Source of the DNA: a candidate division WOR-3 bacterium
Lineage (GTDB): Bacteria; Hydrothermota; Hydrothermia; LBFQ01
Assembly (NCBI GenBank): GCA_039802605.1
Contig: JBDRWW010000002.1
Location: 128,001 to 192,000, forward strand
Direction of reading: 5' to 3'
Length of the DNA: 64,000 nucleotides
Both the position numbers and the translations under genes were made by a program. This document shows, one piece after another, positions 19,315-27,545 of the stretch. Position 1 is the stretch's first letter, and every line of letters begins with the position of its first letter. The notes below the pieces were generated by a model that ran no database searches, was not told where the DNA came from, and saw nothing but the letters and a program-made list of their open reading frames with translations.

Positions 19315-21668
19315 TCCCTTTCCACCCGAACCTCCTCAAATACTTCCTTTAACACATCCCCAACGGTTTCGACAAAGACGAATTCAAGCCTGTTTTTCAC
19401 CGTTTGGGGAACATCTTCAAGGTCCTTTTTGTTCCAAGATGGCATTATAACCTTCTTAATACCAGCCCTGTCGGCCGCCAAAACCTTTTCCTTTATACCA
19501 CCAACGGGTAATATCTTCCCCCTTAATGTTATTTCCCCGGTCATCGCAATGTCCGCGGGTACGGGTATGTTTAAGGCCAAGGAGTAAAGGGCAACAAACA
19601 TGGTTATACCGGCGGATGGGCCATCCTTAGGTATTGCCCCGGAAGGTACATGTAGGTGTATAAACCCCTTATCCCAGAATTCCGGCGGAACACCCCTTTC
19701 GGCGGAATACTTTCGGGCCAATGTTAAAGCCGCTTCTGCGGATTCCCTCATAACCTCACCCAACTTACCCGTAAGTTTAAACCCCTTTTCACCCGGTACC
19801 CTTATCGCCTCAACAAAGAGGACCGAACCACCCACGGGTGTCCACGCCAATCCCGTAGCCACACCTACCTTTGCTTCCCTTTCGGCCAGTTCGGGGAAGT
19901 ATTCCGGTTTTCCTAAGAATTCTTCAACATTTTCCGGGGTTATGACAAAATCGCAGGCCTCCCCCTCCTCCGTAACCTTCAGGGCTATCCTCCTAAAAAT
20001 CCTGTTAATCTTTCTCTGCAACTCCCTAACACCCGCTTCCCTCGTGTATTCCTCTATTATCCTCGTCAAAGCCCTCTCATTAAATTCAACCCTACAATCC
20101 TTTAAACCGGTTTCTTCCTTTTGTTTGGGTATTATGAAGTTTAAGGCTATTTGGATCTTTTCCTCTAAGACATATCCGGGTATCTCTATGACTTCCATCC
20201 TATCAAGCAACGGTGCGGGAATGGTTAATGTCGTATTTGCGGTGGTTATAAAGAAAACCTTTGAGAGGTCAAAGGGGAGGTCCAAATAATGGTCTTTAAA
20301 GGAATGGTTTTGCTCCGGGTCTAAAACTTCAAGTAAAGCGGAGGCCGGATCTCCCCTCCAATCGGTGCCGAGTTTGTCTATTTCGTCGAGCATCATAACG
20401 GGATTATTACTACCCGCTTCCTTCAAGGCCATAATTATCCTTCCCGGCAAGGCGCCCACATATGTCCTCCTGTGCCCCCTTATTTCGGCCTCATCCCTAA
20501 CACCCCCAAGGCTCAACCTAACAAACTTTTTATTCAAGGCCCTCGCTATTGACCTACCCAAACTCGTCTTTCCGACACCCGGAGGACCTACAAAGCAAAG
20601 GATGGGGGCTTTACCCGTAGGGTTTAACTTTTTTATTGCTATATACTCTAAAATCCTCTCCTTAACCCTTTCAAGGTCGTAATGGTCTTCGTCCAAAACC
20701 CTCCTCGCGTTGGCCACATCCATGTTATCCTCTGTGCTTTCAAGCCATGGGAGGTCTAATATCCATTCCAAATATGTTCTTATAACATGGTATTCCGGGG
20801 ATGCGGATGGCACCCTTTGGAGCCTCCTCAACTCCGTTTCCGCAGCCTTTCTAACATAATCCGGTAGGGGCTTCTCCTTTAACCTCTTTTCAAGCTCCGC
20901 TATTTCGGACTGTTCATCGGATATTCCCAATTCCTTTTGTATTGCTTTTAGTTGCTCCCTTAGGAAGTATTCCCTCTGCGCCTTCTCCATTTCCTCCTGA
21001 ACGCTCCTTTGTATCTTCTGAGATAACTCTTGCAATTCAACCTCACGAGTGGCGTATTTTAAAACCAATTCCAAGCGCTTCTTTACATCCAATGTTTCCA
21101 AAATCTCATACCTCTCTTCCGGTTTAAGGTTCTGTAAAAGCGACGCCGAAACATCCGCCAACATAGATGGTTTGGGTAAATTTGAAAGGGCTCCAACGGC
21201 TTCCTGAGGTATCTTTTGGTAATCCGCCAACTTCCTCATGGTTTGTAGTAATGCCTCCTTTAAGGGTAGGAGTTCATCATCCGGGTAGTCTATTTCGTGT
21301 AATTCTTCAACCTCGGCCATTATGTAAGGTTCGAGTTGTACCTGTCTTAAAATCTTTATCCTCTTTACGCCGCTTAGGATTATACGGATGTTTCCATCGG
21401 GCAACCTGTTCATCCTCATAAGGATGGATGCCGTTCCTACCGGATATAAATCTTCTATACCCTGAACATCCCTTTCCGGGTCTTTTTGCATAAAGGCGCC
21501 TATGATTTTCGGCTCGGTGGGTGTGGAAAGTACGGAATTTACAAGCCTCTTAGACCTTTCAACCCCAACCAAAACTGGAACCGTTGAAAAGGGGAATATG
21601 ACCCCCCCCTTAACGGGTAAAATTGGCAATTCCCTTGGTACATCAATTTGCTCAAAAGGCACTTGCAT
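19311..21668 (-). CDS. lon: Lon protease (endopeptidase La)
   Basis: GPPGVGKT, RGHRRTYVGA, PKDGPSAG, GGIKEK. Confidence 0.97.
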   Translation of the reverse strand: MQVPFEQIDVPRELPILPVKGGVIFPFSTVPVLVGVERSKRLVNSVLSTPTEPKIIGAFMQKDPERDVQGIEDLYPVGTASILMRMNRLPDGNIRIILSGVKRIKILRQVQLEPYIMAEVEELHEIDYPDDELLPLKEALLQTMRKLADYQKIPQEAVGALSNLPKPSMLADVSASLLQNLKPEERYEILETLDVKKRLELVLKYATREVELQELSQKIQRSVQEEMEKAQREYFLREQLKAIQKELGISDEQSEIAELEKRLKEKPLPDYVRKAAETELRRLQRVPSASPEYHVIRTYLEWILDLPWLESTEDNMDVANARRVLDEDHYDLERVKERILEYIAIKKLNPTGKAPILCFVGPPGVGKTSLGRSIARALNKKFVRLSLGGVRDEAEIRGHRRTYVGALPGRIIMALKEAGSNNPVMMLDEIDKLGTDWRGDPASALLEVLDPEQNHSFKDHYLDLPFDLSKVFFITTANTTLTIPAPLLDRMEVIEIPGYVLEEKIQIALNFIIPKQKEETGLKDCRVEFNERALTRIIEEYTREAGVRELQRKINRIFRRIALKVTEEGEACDFVITPENVEEFLGKPEYFPELAEREAKVGVATGLAWTPVGGSVLFVEAIRVPGEKGFKLTGKLGEVMRESAEAALTLARKYSAERGVPPEFWDKGFIHLHVPSGAIPKDGPSAGITMFVALYSLALNIPVPADIAMTGEITLRGKILPVGGIKEKVLAADRAGIKKVIMPSWNKKDLEDVPQTVKNRLEFVFVETVGDVLKEVFEEVRVERD

Positions 21669-21669
21669 T

Positions 21670-22053
21670 TTACTTTACCTCTATTTGTATTGTCCTCTTT
21701 TTCTTTGGTATCCTAATTTCCAAAAGCCCGTTTTCGTATTTACTCGTTATCCCATCCACATCTATATCCGCGTTTAAATATAGCCTCCTTTCAAAGGGTC
21801 CGAAATATATTTCCGCTATGTGGTAAATCCTGTTTCCCGGACCTTCCGGTTCCGGTCTTTTGCCGGAAATTATCAATGTCCCGTTATCGTATAAAACTTT
21901 TAAAGAGTTTTTATCCGCCCCTCCAACGGCCATATATACCACAAATTCGTCATCCGTTTCGTAGGCGCTTATGGGAGGTTTATAAACCCTATACCCAACC
22001 CTTGATATGTTTCCAAAAAACTCTTCAAACTCTTCAAAGGGGTCCTTAAACAT
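21670..22053 (-). CDS. Hsp20/alpha-crystallin small heat-shock protein
   Basis: EIYFGPFERR, SKYENGLLEIRIPK. Confidence 0.9.
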   Translation of the reverse strand: MFKDPFEEFEEFFGNISRVGYRVYKPPISAYETDDEFVVYMAVGGADKNSLKVLYDNGTLIISGKRPEPEGPGNRIYHIAEIYFGPFERRLYLNADIDVDGITSKYENGLLEIRIPKKKRTIQIEVK

Positions 22054-22244
22054 TACTTTAACCCCAAACCCGCCAAAACCTTTATTGCGTCCCCTTTCTT
22101 TAAGTATGCGGCTTTCCTTAGTCTCCTCTTTCTCGCCTTACTCTTTTTAGGCCCCAAATTGTGCCTCCTACCGCTCCTCTGGTGTTTCACCTTGCCATTT
22201 GCGGTAATTTTAAACCTCTTTGCTATGGACTTCTTGGTTTTCAT
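22053..22244 (-). CDS. rpmI: 50S ribosomal protein L35
   Basis: MKTKKSIAKRFKITANGKVK...RRHNL..K...RKRRLR. Confidence 0.95.
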   Translation of the reverse strand: MKTKKSIAKRFKITANGKVKHQRSGRRHNLGPKKSKARKRRLRKAAYLKKGDAIKVLAGLGLK

Positions 22245-22252
22245 AAACGGTA

Positions 22253-22284
22253 ATTCTAAGGCCGGAAAAAAACCGTTATATAAT
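22253..22284. promoter_or_regulatory. Divergent -10 boxes for rpmI (-) and Argonaute (+)
   Basis: Minus-strand TAGAAT at 22253-58 (8 nt before ATG 22244); plus-strand TATAAT at 22279-84 (9 nt before ATG 22294). Confidence 0.6.
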
Positions 22285-22293
22285 ACCCCGTTT

Positions 22294-24327
22294 ATGCCGA
22301 GAATTAACGCTTTTAAGATTGATATTTCAAAAATCCCGAGTATAAATTATTACAGGCTTAACGAGGGGTTTCAGAATGATGCGGAAATGTTTTCATTTTC
22401 GTGGAGAAACGGTGGAATTTTTTGGGAGGATTATTTTTTAACACCCTTAGAGTATAGTGAAATACCCGATAAAGACCGTTTAAAACAAGTTAAAAGTTTT
22501 CCCTTTCTTTCCAAAGATTTGAACACGGAAACCCGCATAGATTTACTGCACCGTTATACCTCCTTTAAACTCAAAAAATTGGGCGTTTTGAAAAAGATAA
22601 AAAACAATATAAAACAAAGCCTTTTAGAAAGGGGGATAAAGGAGGTTATAGGTAGGTTTGTCTGGGATGTTGAGGTCCTTGACGATGTAATATTTAACGG
22701 CGAATTTTACTATGTCCTGAATTTTAGAATTAGAATATTCTTTAACCAAAACCTATGGGATTATGTGGGGAGAAATCCGGAAAGGTTAAACGGTTTAAAA
22801 GGCAAGGGTTTTAGGTTTAAATTGAACCCAAAGTATATATACTACATTGAAAAAGTTTATAAGGATGAGGCGAAAAGCAAGGAAATATTAGATTACCTAC
22901 ACTTTAAGTATCCGAAATATATGCAAAAAGTTAATCTTGACGAAAATCAGCCGATAATATTGGGTTCCCGGGGTTATCGCAAATACCCGTATTTACCCCA
23001 GCTGTGTTATTTATCCGCTAAAATGGATGAAATTGATGGATGGGAGATAAGGGAATTTAAGAATCTATGGATTTTAACGAATCAACATAGGTTTGAGATT
23101 ATAAGATCTGCATTTGAAAATAGCACGAATAAACGACCCGAGATTTTAGAGGTTAATAGCAGGATATACCCAAAGCCGGAAATTTTGGTAAATCAGAAGG
23201 ATGGGAAGATATTGGGGGAAGGTTTTAGACCTTACTATGTTCCCAAAATCCTACCAAAGGAATTGGATACATACATACTTATTGATAAAAATCTGGGCTA
23301 TAACTCCGTAAAAGATTTCGTTGAGGATTTCTTAAAAGCCTTTAATTCAATTTCCCAAATCCCAAGGTTAAGGGTTGTAAAAAGGATAGAATTCTCCCCG
23401 GAAAAAATAATAGATGCGGATAAAGAAACGGAAGTACGCGATCCCCTGGCGTTTTCATTAATCATATTCCGCATTAAATACACATCAAACAACGGGGAAA
23501 AACCCTATGAAAGTATTAAAAGGTTGCTATTCAACAAAAACATAATTTCGCAGACCTTGATATACTCCAACATAAAAGAAAACAACATGGAAATAATCCT
23601 TAAAAACCTCATCGTTCAGAGTATGTCAAAGTTGGGTATAAGGGCTTTTACATTAAAAAGCGAAATCCCCTACGATTATACTATTGGGGTTGATGTTGGG
23701 AGGACTTGGAGGGGAAATTTGGGAGTGGGTGGTTGTTCGGTTGTGATAACGGGCGACGGTGTGGTCAAAAGGATAGTTCCGATTCCTCAACCCACAACCG
23801 GAGATACTTTAAAAATCTCGTGGTTTTTGGGAAGGATACATGCAAAGGATAGGCTTTCGGGTAAAAGGGTTTTGGTTTTGAGGGATGGGAATTTGAGGAA
23901 GGAAGAATTGGATGATTTGTATCATTTTGTTAAGGATTACGGGGTTGAAGTTTTAACATATATGAATGTTGTAAAAAGGCATAGGGTTTTTATGGTTTCG
24001 GAGGAAAACGGGGAAGGGGTTGTATTTGGCGATGGTTCAGGGCTTTTATTACCGCACGGAAGGGACTATAAGGAGGTTGGTCCAAAGCCCATAAGGATAA
24101 AGGACAAGTATGTATTTGATAAAGGGGGATTTCAAAAGGTTGAAGTACTCTATCAGGATTTAAAGGTTTTGAACGATTTGACATATTTGGTATTTTCAAT
24201 GCTTCCCTTAAAAAAGACCAAACTGCCCGCACCCATAGGCCTTGCGGATAAGTTCGTTAAGGCGTTGGGTAAAAACTGGTCGATAAGGGAGGAACTTTTG
24301 GAAAACGGGTTGCTTTATTTCCTGTAA
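22294..24327 (+). CDS. ago: Long prokaryotic Argonaute (N-PAZ-MID-PIWI), MjAgo-like, 677 aa
   Basis: PIWI: IGVDVG, LRDG, LPAPIGLADKFVKALGKNW...LLYFL; MID: YESIK..ISQ..SKLG; PAZ-side motifs DENQPII, PYLPQLC; ATG 22294 follows TATAAT. Confidence 0.95.
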   Translation: MPRINAFKIDISKIPSINYYRLNEGFQNDAEMFSFSWRNGGIFWEDYFLTPLEYSEIPDKDRLKQVKSFPFLSKDLNTETRIDLLHRYTSFKLKKLGVLKKIKNNIKQSLLERGIKEVIGRFVWDVEVLDDVIFNGEFYYVLNFRIRIFFNQNLWDYVGRNPERLNGLKGKGFRFKLNPKYIYYIEKVYKDEAKSKEILDYLHFKYPKYMQKVNLDENQPIILGSRGYRKYPYLPQLCYLSAKMDEIDGWEIREFKNLWILTNQHRFEIIRSAFENSTNKRPEILEVNSRIYPKPEILVNQKDGKILGEGFRPYYVPKILPKELDTYILIDKNLGYNSVKDFVEDFLKAFNSISQIPRLRVVKRIEFSPEKIIDADKETEVRDPLAFSLIIFRIKYTSNNGEKPYESIKRLLFNKNIISQTLIYSNIKENNMEIILKNLIVQSMSKLGIRAFTLKSEIPYDYTIGVDVGRTWRGNLGVGGCSVVITGDGVVKRIVPIPQPTTGDTLKISWFLGRIHAKDRLSGKRVLVLRDGNLRKEELDDLYHFVKDYGVEVLTYMNVVKRHRVFMVSEENGEGVVFGDGSGLLLPHGRDYKEVGPKPIRIKDKYVFDKGGFQKVEVLYQDLKVLNDLTYLVFSMLPLKKTKLPAPIGLADKFVKALGKNWSIREELLENGLLYFL

Positions 24328-24331
24328 TTTA

Positions 24332-24357
24332 TGTAGTGAAAAAATATTTACACTACA
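24332..24357. promoter_or_regulatory. Inverted repeat, candidate operator upstream of hsdM
   Basis: TGTAGTG-N12-CACTACA; right arm ends 16 nt upstream of TATAAT 24374-79. Confidence 0.45.
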
Positions 24358-24388
24358 AAATTTGAATCAACCTTATAATACCCGTACT

Positions 24389-26074
24389 ATGGAACCGAGG
24401 TTTTTGAAGGCTTATGAAATGCTGTTCGCAAATTTTGGGGAGAGCGAATTTACATATGAGGATGCGGAAAGCGTGCTCGGAAAGGATTTCGCCAATATTA
24501 GAGAAGTTATATCCCAACTAAAACGGGAAAAATTAATAAAGTATTTGGGGAGATACGAAAACGATAACAGAATAAAGAGGTTTAAACTGGTACCCTTAGC
24601 CAAGGTGGTAAATTCCAGAGGGGAACTTATAAGCATACTTAAACAATCCGCCGATCTTATAAGGACAAGGGTGGATTATAGGGTTTTGTTAATCCTCCTA
24701 TTCTACAAGTCCATAAGCGACAAGTGGTATAAAACCGTTGAGTATTATAAAAGGCAGGGATATAACGAGAATACCGCCAAGGATCTGGCCGATGCGGATG
24801 TTTTACGCCTACGGGATAAAAACGGGGACGAAATAACATGGCATAGTGCGGGAAATAATTCCCAAAAATTGGTTGAAAACCTTTCAAAGTTGGAAGACCT
24901 AAACGGTGATGAACTGAAAGGGTTTAAGAGTTTGCTCCAAATAACTCAAATCGCCGATCTGGTGAATAACTCCGGTAATATCTCCATATTTTCGCAAATA
25001 ATACAACTTTTCGGCAATATTGACTTTTCCAATTATCCTTACGATGTTCTTGGAGATGGATACGAGTGGATACTCGGATATTTTGCCCCTCAGAAAGCCA
25101 AAGAGGGGGAAGTTTATACACCCAAAGAGGTCAGTAGGCTGTTGGCCGAAATCCTTGATCCAGAAACCAATTACGATATACTTGACCCCGCAAGTGGTTC
25201 CGGTTCTTTATTAATAGAGATGTATAAAAAGATGGCGGAAAAAGGCGAACCCAATGGTATGCTTTACGGTCAAGAGGTAAATAGCGTTATGGCGATTATT
25301 TCAAGGTTAAACTTTAAACTCCATAATATTACCAACTTCAAGATATATGAAGGCGATTCCTTATTATCTCCCCAGTTTGAACATGCGGATATAGTGGTTG
25401 CAAATCCGCCTTGGAATCAGGACGGATATAACGAGAAAAATCTCGGAAATATAAGGGATATATACTATTATGGCTTTACAAATAAAAAATCCGCCGATTG
25501 GGCTTGGATACAGTTGATAACTTACTACGCCAAGAAAAGGGCGGGTGTTATCATAGATACCGGGGCGCTTACAAGGGGTGGAAGGGAAGGAAAGATAAGA
25601 AGGAAATTTATAGAATCCGGGATAATAGACGCTGTAATCCTTTTACCTGAAAAGTTGTTTTATAACACCCAAGCACCCGCATGCATAATAATTTTTAACA
25701 AGGAGAAACCTAAGGACAAAAACGATAAAATTCTGTTCATAAATGCGAGTTATCTATACAAATCCCACCCAGATGTTAAAAAATTAAACATATTGGGTGA
25801 GGATAACATAGAGGAAATAGTGGATGCTTATAACGGTTATTATGAGGGAAGGGAACTTCCGGAATTTGCAAGGGTTGTATCAATTGATGAAATCGCAAAT
25901 AACAACTATAACCTTAATGTTTCCCTATATGTTCATTTGGGTGAAGAAAATGAAAGGGTTGATATTTTTGAAGAGTTTATGAACCTTATGAGTTTAAACG
26001 AAGAGTACGAGGCACTGTTTAATAGGATAAGCGGGTATATGGAGGAAATAAAGAAATTGGAGGGTGAGATATGA
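24389..26074 (+). CDS. hsdM: Type I R-M methyltransferase with extra N-terminal wHTH-like domain
   Basis: LKQSADLIR, GEVYTP, DPASGSG (motif I), NPPW (motif IV), LPEKLFYNT, NYNLNV; ATG 24389 follows TATAAT. Confidence 0.93.
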   Translation: MEPRFLKAYEMLFANFGESEFTYEDAESVLGKDFANIREVISQLKREKLIKYLGRYENDNRIKRFKLVPLAKVVNSRGELISILKQSADLIRTRVDYRVLLILLFYKSISDKWYKTVEYYKRQGYNENTAKDLADADVLRLRDKNGDEITWHSAGNNSQKLVENLSKLEDLNGDELKGFKSLLQITQIADLVNNSGNISIFSQIIQLFGNIDFSNYPYDVLGDGYEWILGYFAPQKAKEGEVYTPKEVSRLLAEILDPETNYDILDPASGSGSLLIEMYKKMAEKGEPNGMLYGQEVNSVMAIISRLNFKLHNITNFKIYEGDSLLSPQFEHADIVVANPPWNQDGYNEKNLGNIRDIYYYGFTNKKSADWAWIQLITYYAKKRAGVIIDTGALTRGGREGKIRRKFIESGIIDAVILLPEKLFYNTQAPACIIIFNKEKPKDKNDKILFINASYLYKSHPDVKKLNILGEDNIEEIVDAYNGYYEGRELPEFARVVSIDEIANNNYNLNVSLYVHLGEENERVDIFEEFMNLMSLNEEYEALFNRISGYMEEIKKLEGEI

Positions 26075-26334
26075 GGGTATCCAAAATTAAGGAAAACAAT
26101 TACTCCGAGGCTTATGTAGGAAGAACGAGCAATGTTAATAGGAGAATAAACCAAATCCGACGAAGTATTGGAAAGTTTAAAGATGTGTATATAGTTTATG
26201 CAACCAAAAATTTAGAACATGCCAAAAGTATGGAAGGCGAGATGAGATCGTTATCCATTCTAAACCAATCAGATGGTTCCGATGGTTCAAAAGGCCAACC
26301 ACCTTATTATGTATATGTCGCTTTTAGGAGGTAA
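26071..26334 (+). CDS. Small GIY-YIG-like protein (87 aa)
   Basis: AYVGRTSNVNRRINQ, AKSME, C-terminal YYVYV; ATGA overlap with hsdM, SD upstream. Confidence 0.55.
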   Translation: MRVSKIKENNYSEAYVGRTSNVNRRINQIRRSIGKFKDVYIVYATKNLEHAKSMEGEMRSLSILNQSDGSDGSKGQPPYYVYVAFRR

Positions 26335-26337
26335 AGT

Positions 26338-27543
26338 ATGAATGGGATAAGGTTTTATAAGGAATTGGATTTTAAGGATACGGAAGTTGGGAGGATACCG
26401 AAGGATTGGGAGGTTAGGAGGTTGGGGGAGGTGGCAGAAATAAAAAATGGAAAATCAGATGTAAAGGATGCGGTTCCGGGTGGGTTATATCCCTTCTTTG
26501 ATCGTTCAACCGTAGTAAAAAAGAGTAACAGATACCTTTTTGATACGGAAGCCGTAATAATACCGGGTGAAGGGTATAAATTCATACCAAAGTATTATAA
26601 CGGTAAATTTGATTTACACCAAAGGGCTTATGCTTTATTTAACTTTGATATATCAACTTATGCCCCATATGTCTTTTACGCTTTACAATGGGATAAAATT
26701 CAAAACATCCTAATACGCCGAGCGGTTGGATTTACAGCATTATCGCTAAGAAAACCTATTATTCAAAACTTCCCCATCCCCCTCCCCCCTCTCCCAGAAC
26801 AGAAAGCCATCGCTAAGGTTTTGAGCGATTTTGATAAGCTTATTGAGGTTATAGACAGGAAAATAAAGGCTTTGGAAAGGATAAAGAAGGGTATGATGGA
26901 TATTTACTTTACGAGGGGAGTGTTTGAACACAAAGAATTTATTTACAGCAAGGAACTGGGGCATGAGATACCGAAGGATTGGGAGGTTAAAAAATTAACA
27001 GATTTGGCCGATCTGGAAAGGGGTAAAGAGGTGGGTTCTAAAAATTACAATAGGAAAGGGGAGGGAATAAGGTTTATAAGGGTTGTTGATCTTTCGGGTG
27101 CCCGTGATGATGTAGTTTATACGACTTCAAAAGATGTAAAAATTTGTAAAAAAGACGACATTTTAATAACCCTTGATGGGAGTGTAGGGATTGTAAGAAT
27201 GGGATTTGAAGGGGCTTATTCTTCGGGTATAAGGAAGGTGGTAATAAAGGATAAGGAGAAAGTTTTAAAGGATTTCCTATTCTTCGCTTTACAGGGCGAT
27301 TTGGTTCAATATGTTATAAAATCCTATTCTCGTGGAACTACAATTCAACATGCCGGCGAATCCGTTAAACATATTCCCATCCCCCTCCCCCCTCTCCCCG
27401 AACAGAAAGCCATAGCCGACAGGTTAAAATCTATTGATGATTTGATTGAAAACCGCAAAAGAATGAGGGAAAGTTTGGAGAGGATGAAAAAGTGGTTTAT
27501 GGGGAAATTGCTTATGGGTGAAATAAGGGTTAAGGAGGTGTAA
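26338..27543 (+). CDS. hsdS: Type I R-M specificity subunit (two TRDs)
   Basis: Two copies each of IPKDWEV and IPLPPLPEQKAIA; AGGAGG SD. Confidence 0.95.
   Translation: MNGIRFYKELDFKDTEVGRIPKDWEVRRLGEVAEIKNGKSDVKDAVPGGLYPFFDRSTVVKKSNRYLFDTEAVIIPGEGYKFIPKYYNGKFDLHQRAYALFNFDISTYAPYVFYALQWDKIQNILIRRAVGFTALSLRKPIIQNFPIPLPPLPEQKAIAKVLSDFDKLIEVIDRKIKALERIKKGMMDIYFTRGVFEHKEFIYSKELGHEIPKDWEVKKLTDLADLERGKEVGSKNYNRKGEGIRFIRVVDLSGARDDVVYTTSKDVKICKKDDILITLDGSVGIVRMGFEGAYSSGIRKVVIKDKEKVLKDFLFFALQGDLVQYVIKSYSRGTTIQHAGESVKHIPIPLPPLPEQKAIADRLKSIDDLIENRKRMRESLERMKKWFMGKLLMGEIRVKEV
26394..26989 (+). repeat. 23-bp perfect direct repeat at the 5' side of each hsdS TRD (26394-26416; 26967-26989)
   Basis: GATACCGAAGGATTGGGAGGTTA twice. 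Confidence 0.9.
26773..27413 (+). repeat. 38-bp direct repeat (1 mismatch) at the 3' side of each hsdS TRD (26773-26810; 27376-27413)
   Basis: CCCATCCCCCTCCCCCCTCTCCC(A/C)GAACAGAAAGCCAT twice. Confidence 0.9.
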
Positions 27544-27545
27544 AG

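Noticed and set aside
22159..22293. ORF-track N-terminal extension of the Argonaute (722 aa)
   Set aside because: It overlaps rpmI on the opposite strand; ATG 22294 follows a -10 box and matches where Ago-like sequence begins.
26773..26795. C-rich tract in hsdS as a phase-variable simple repeat
   Set aside because: Runs are at most 6 C, are interrupted, and encode the conserved PIPLPPLP motif.
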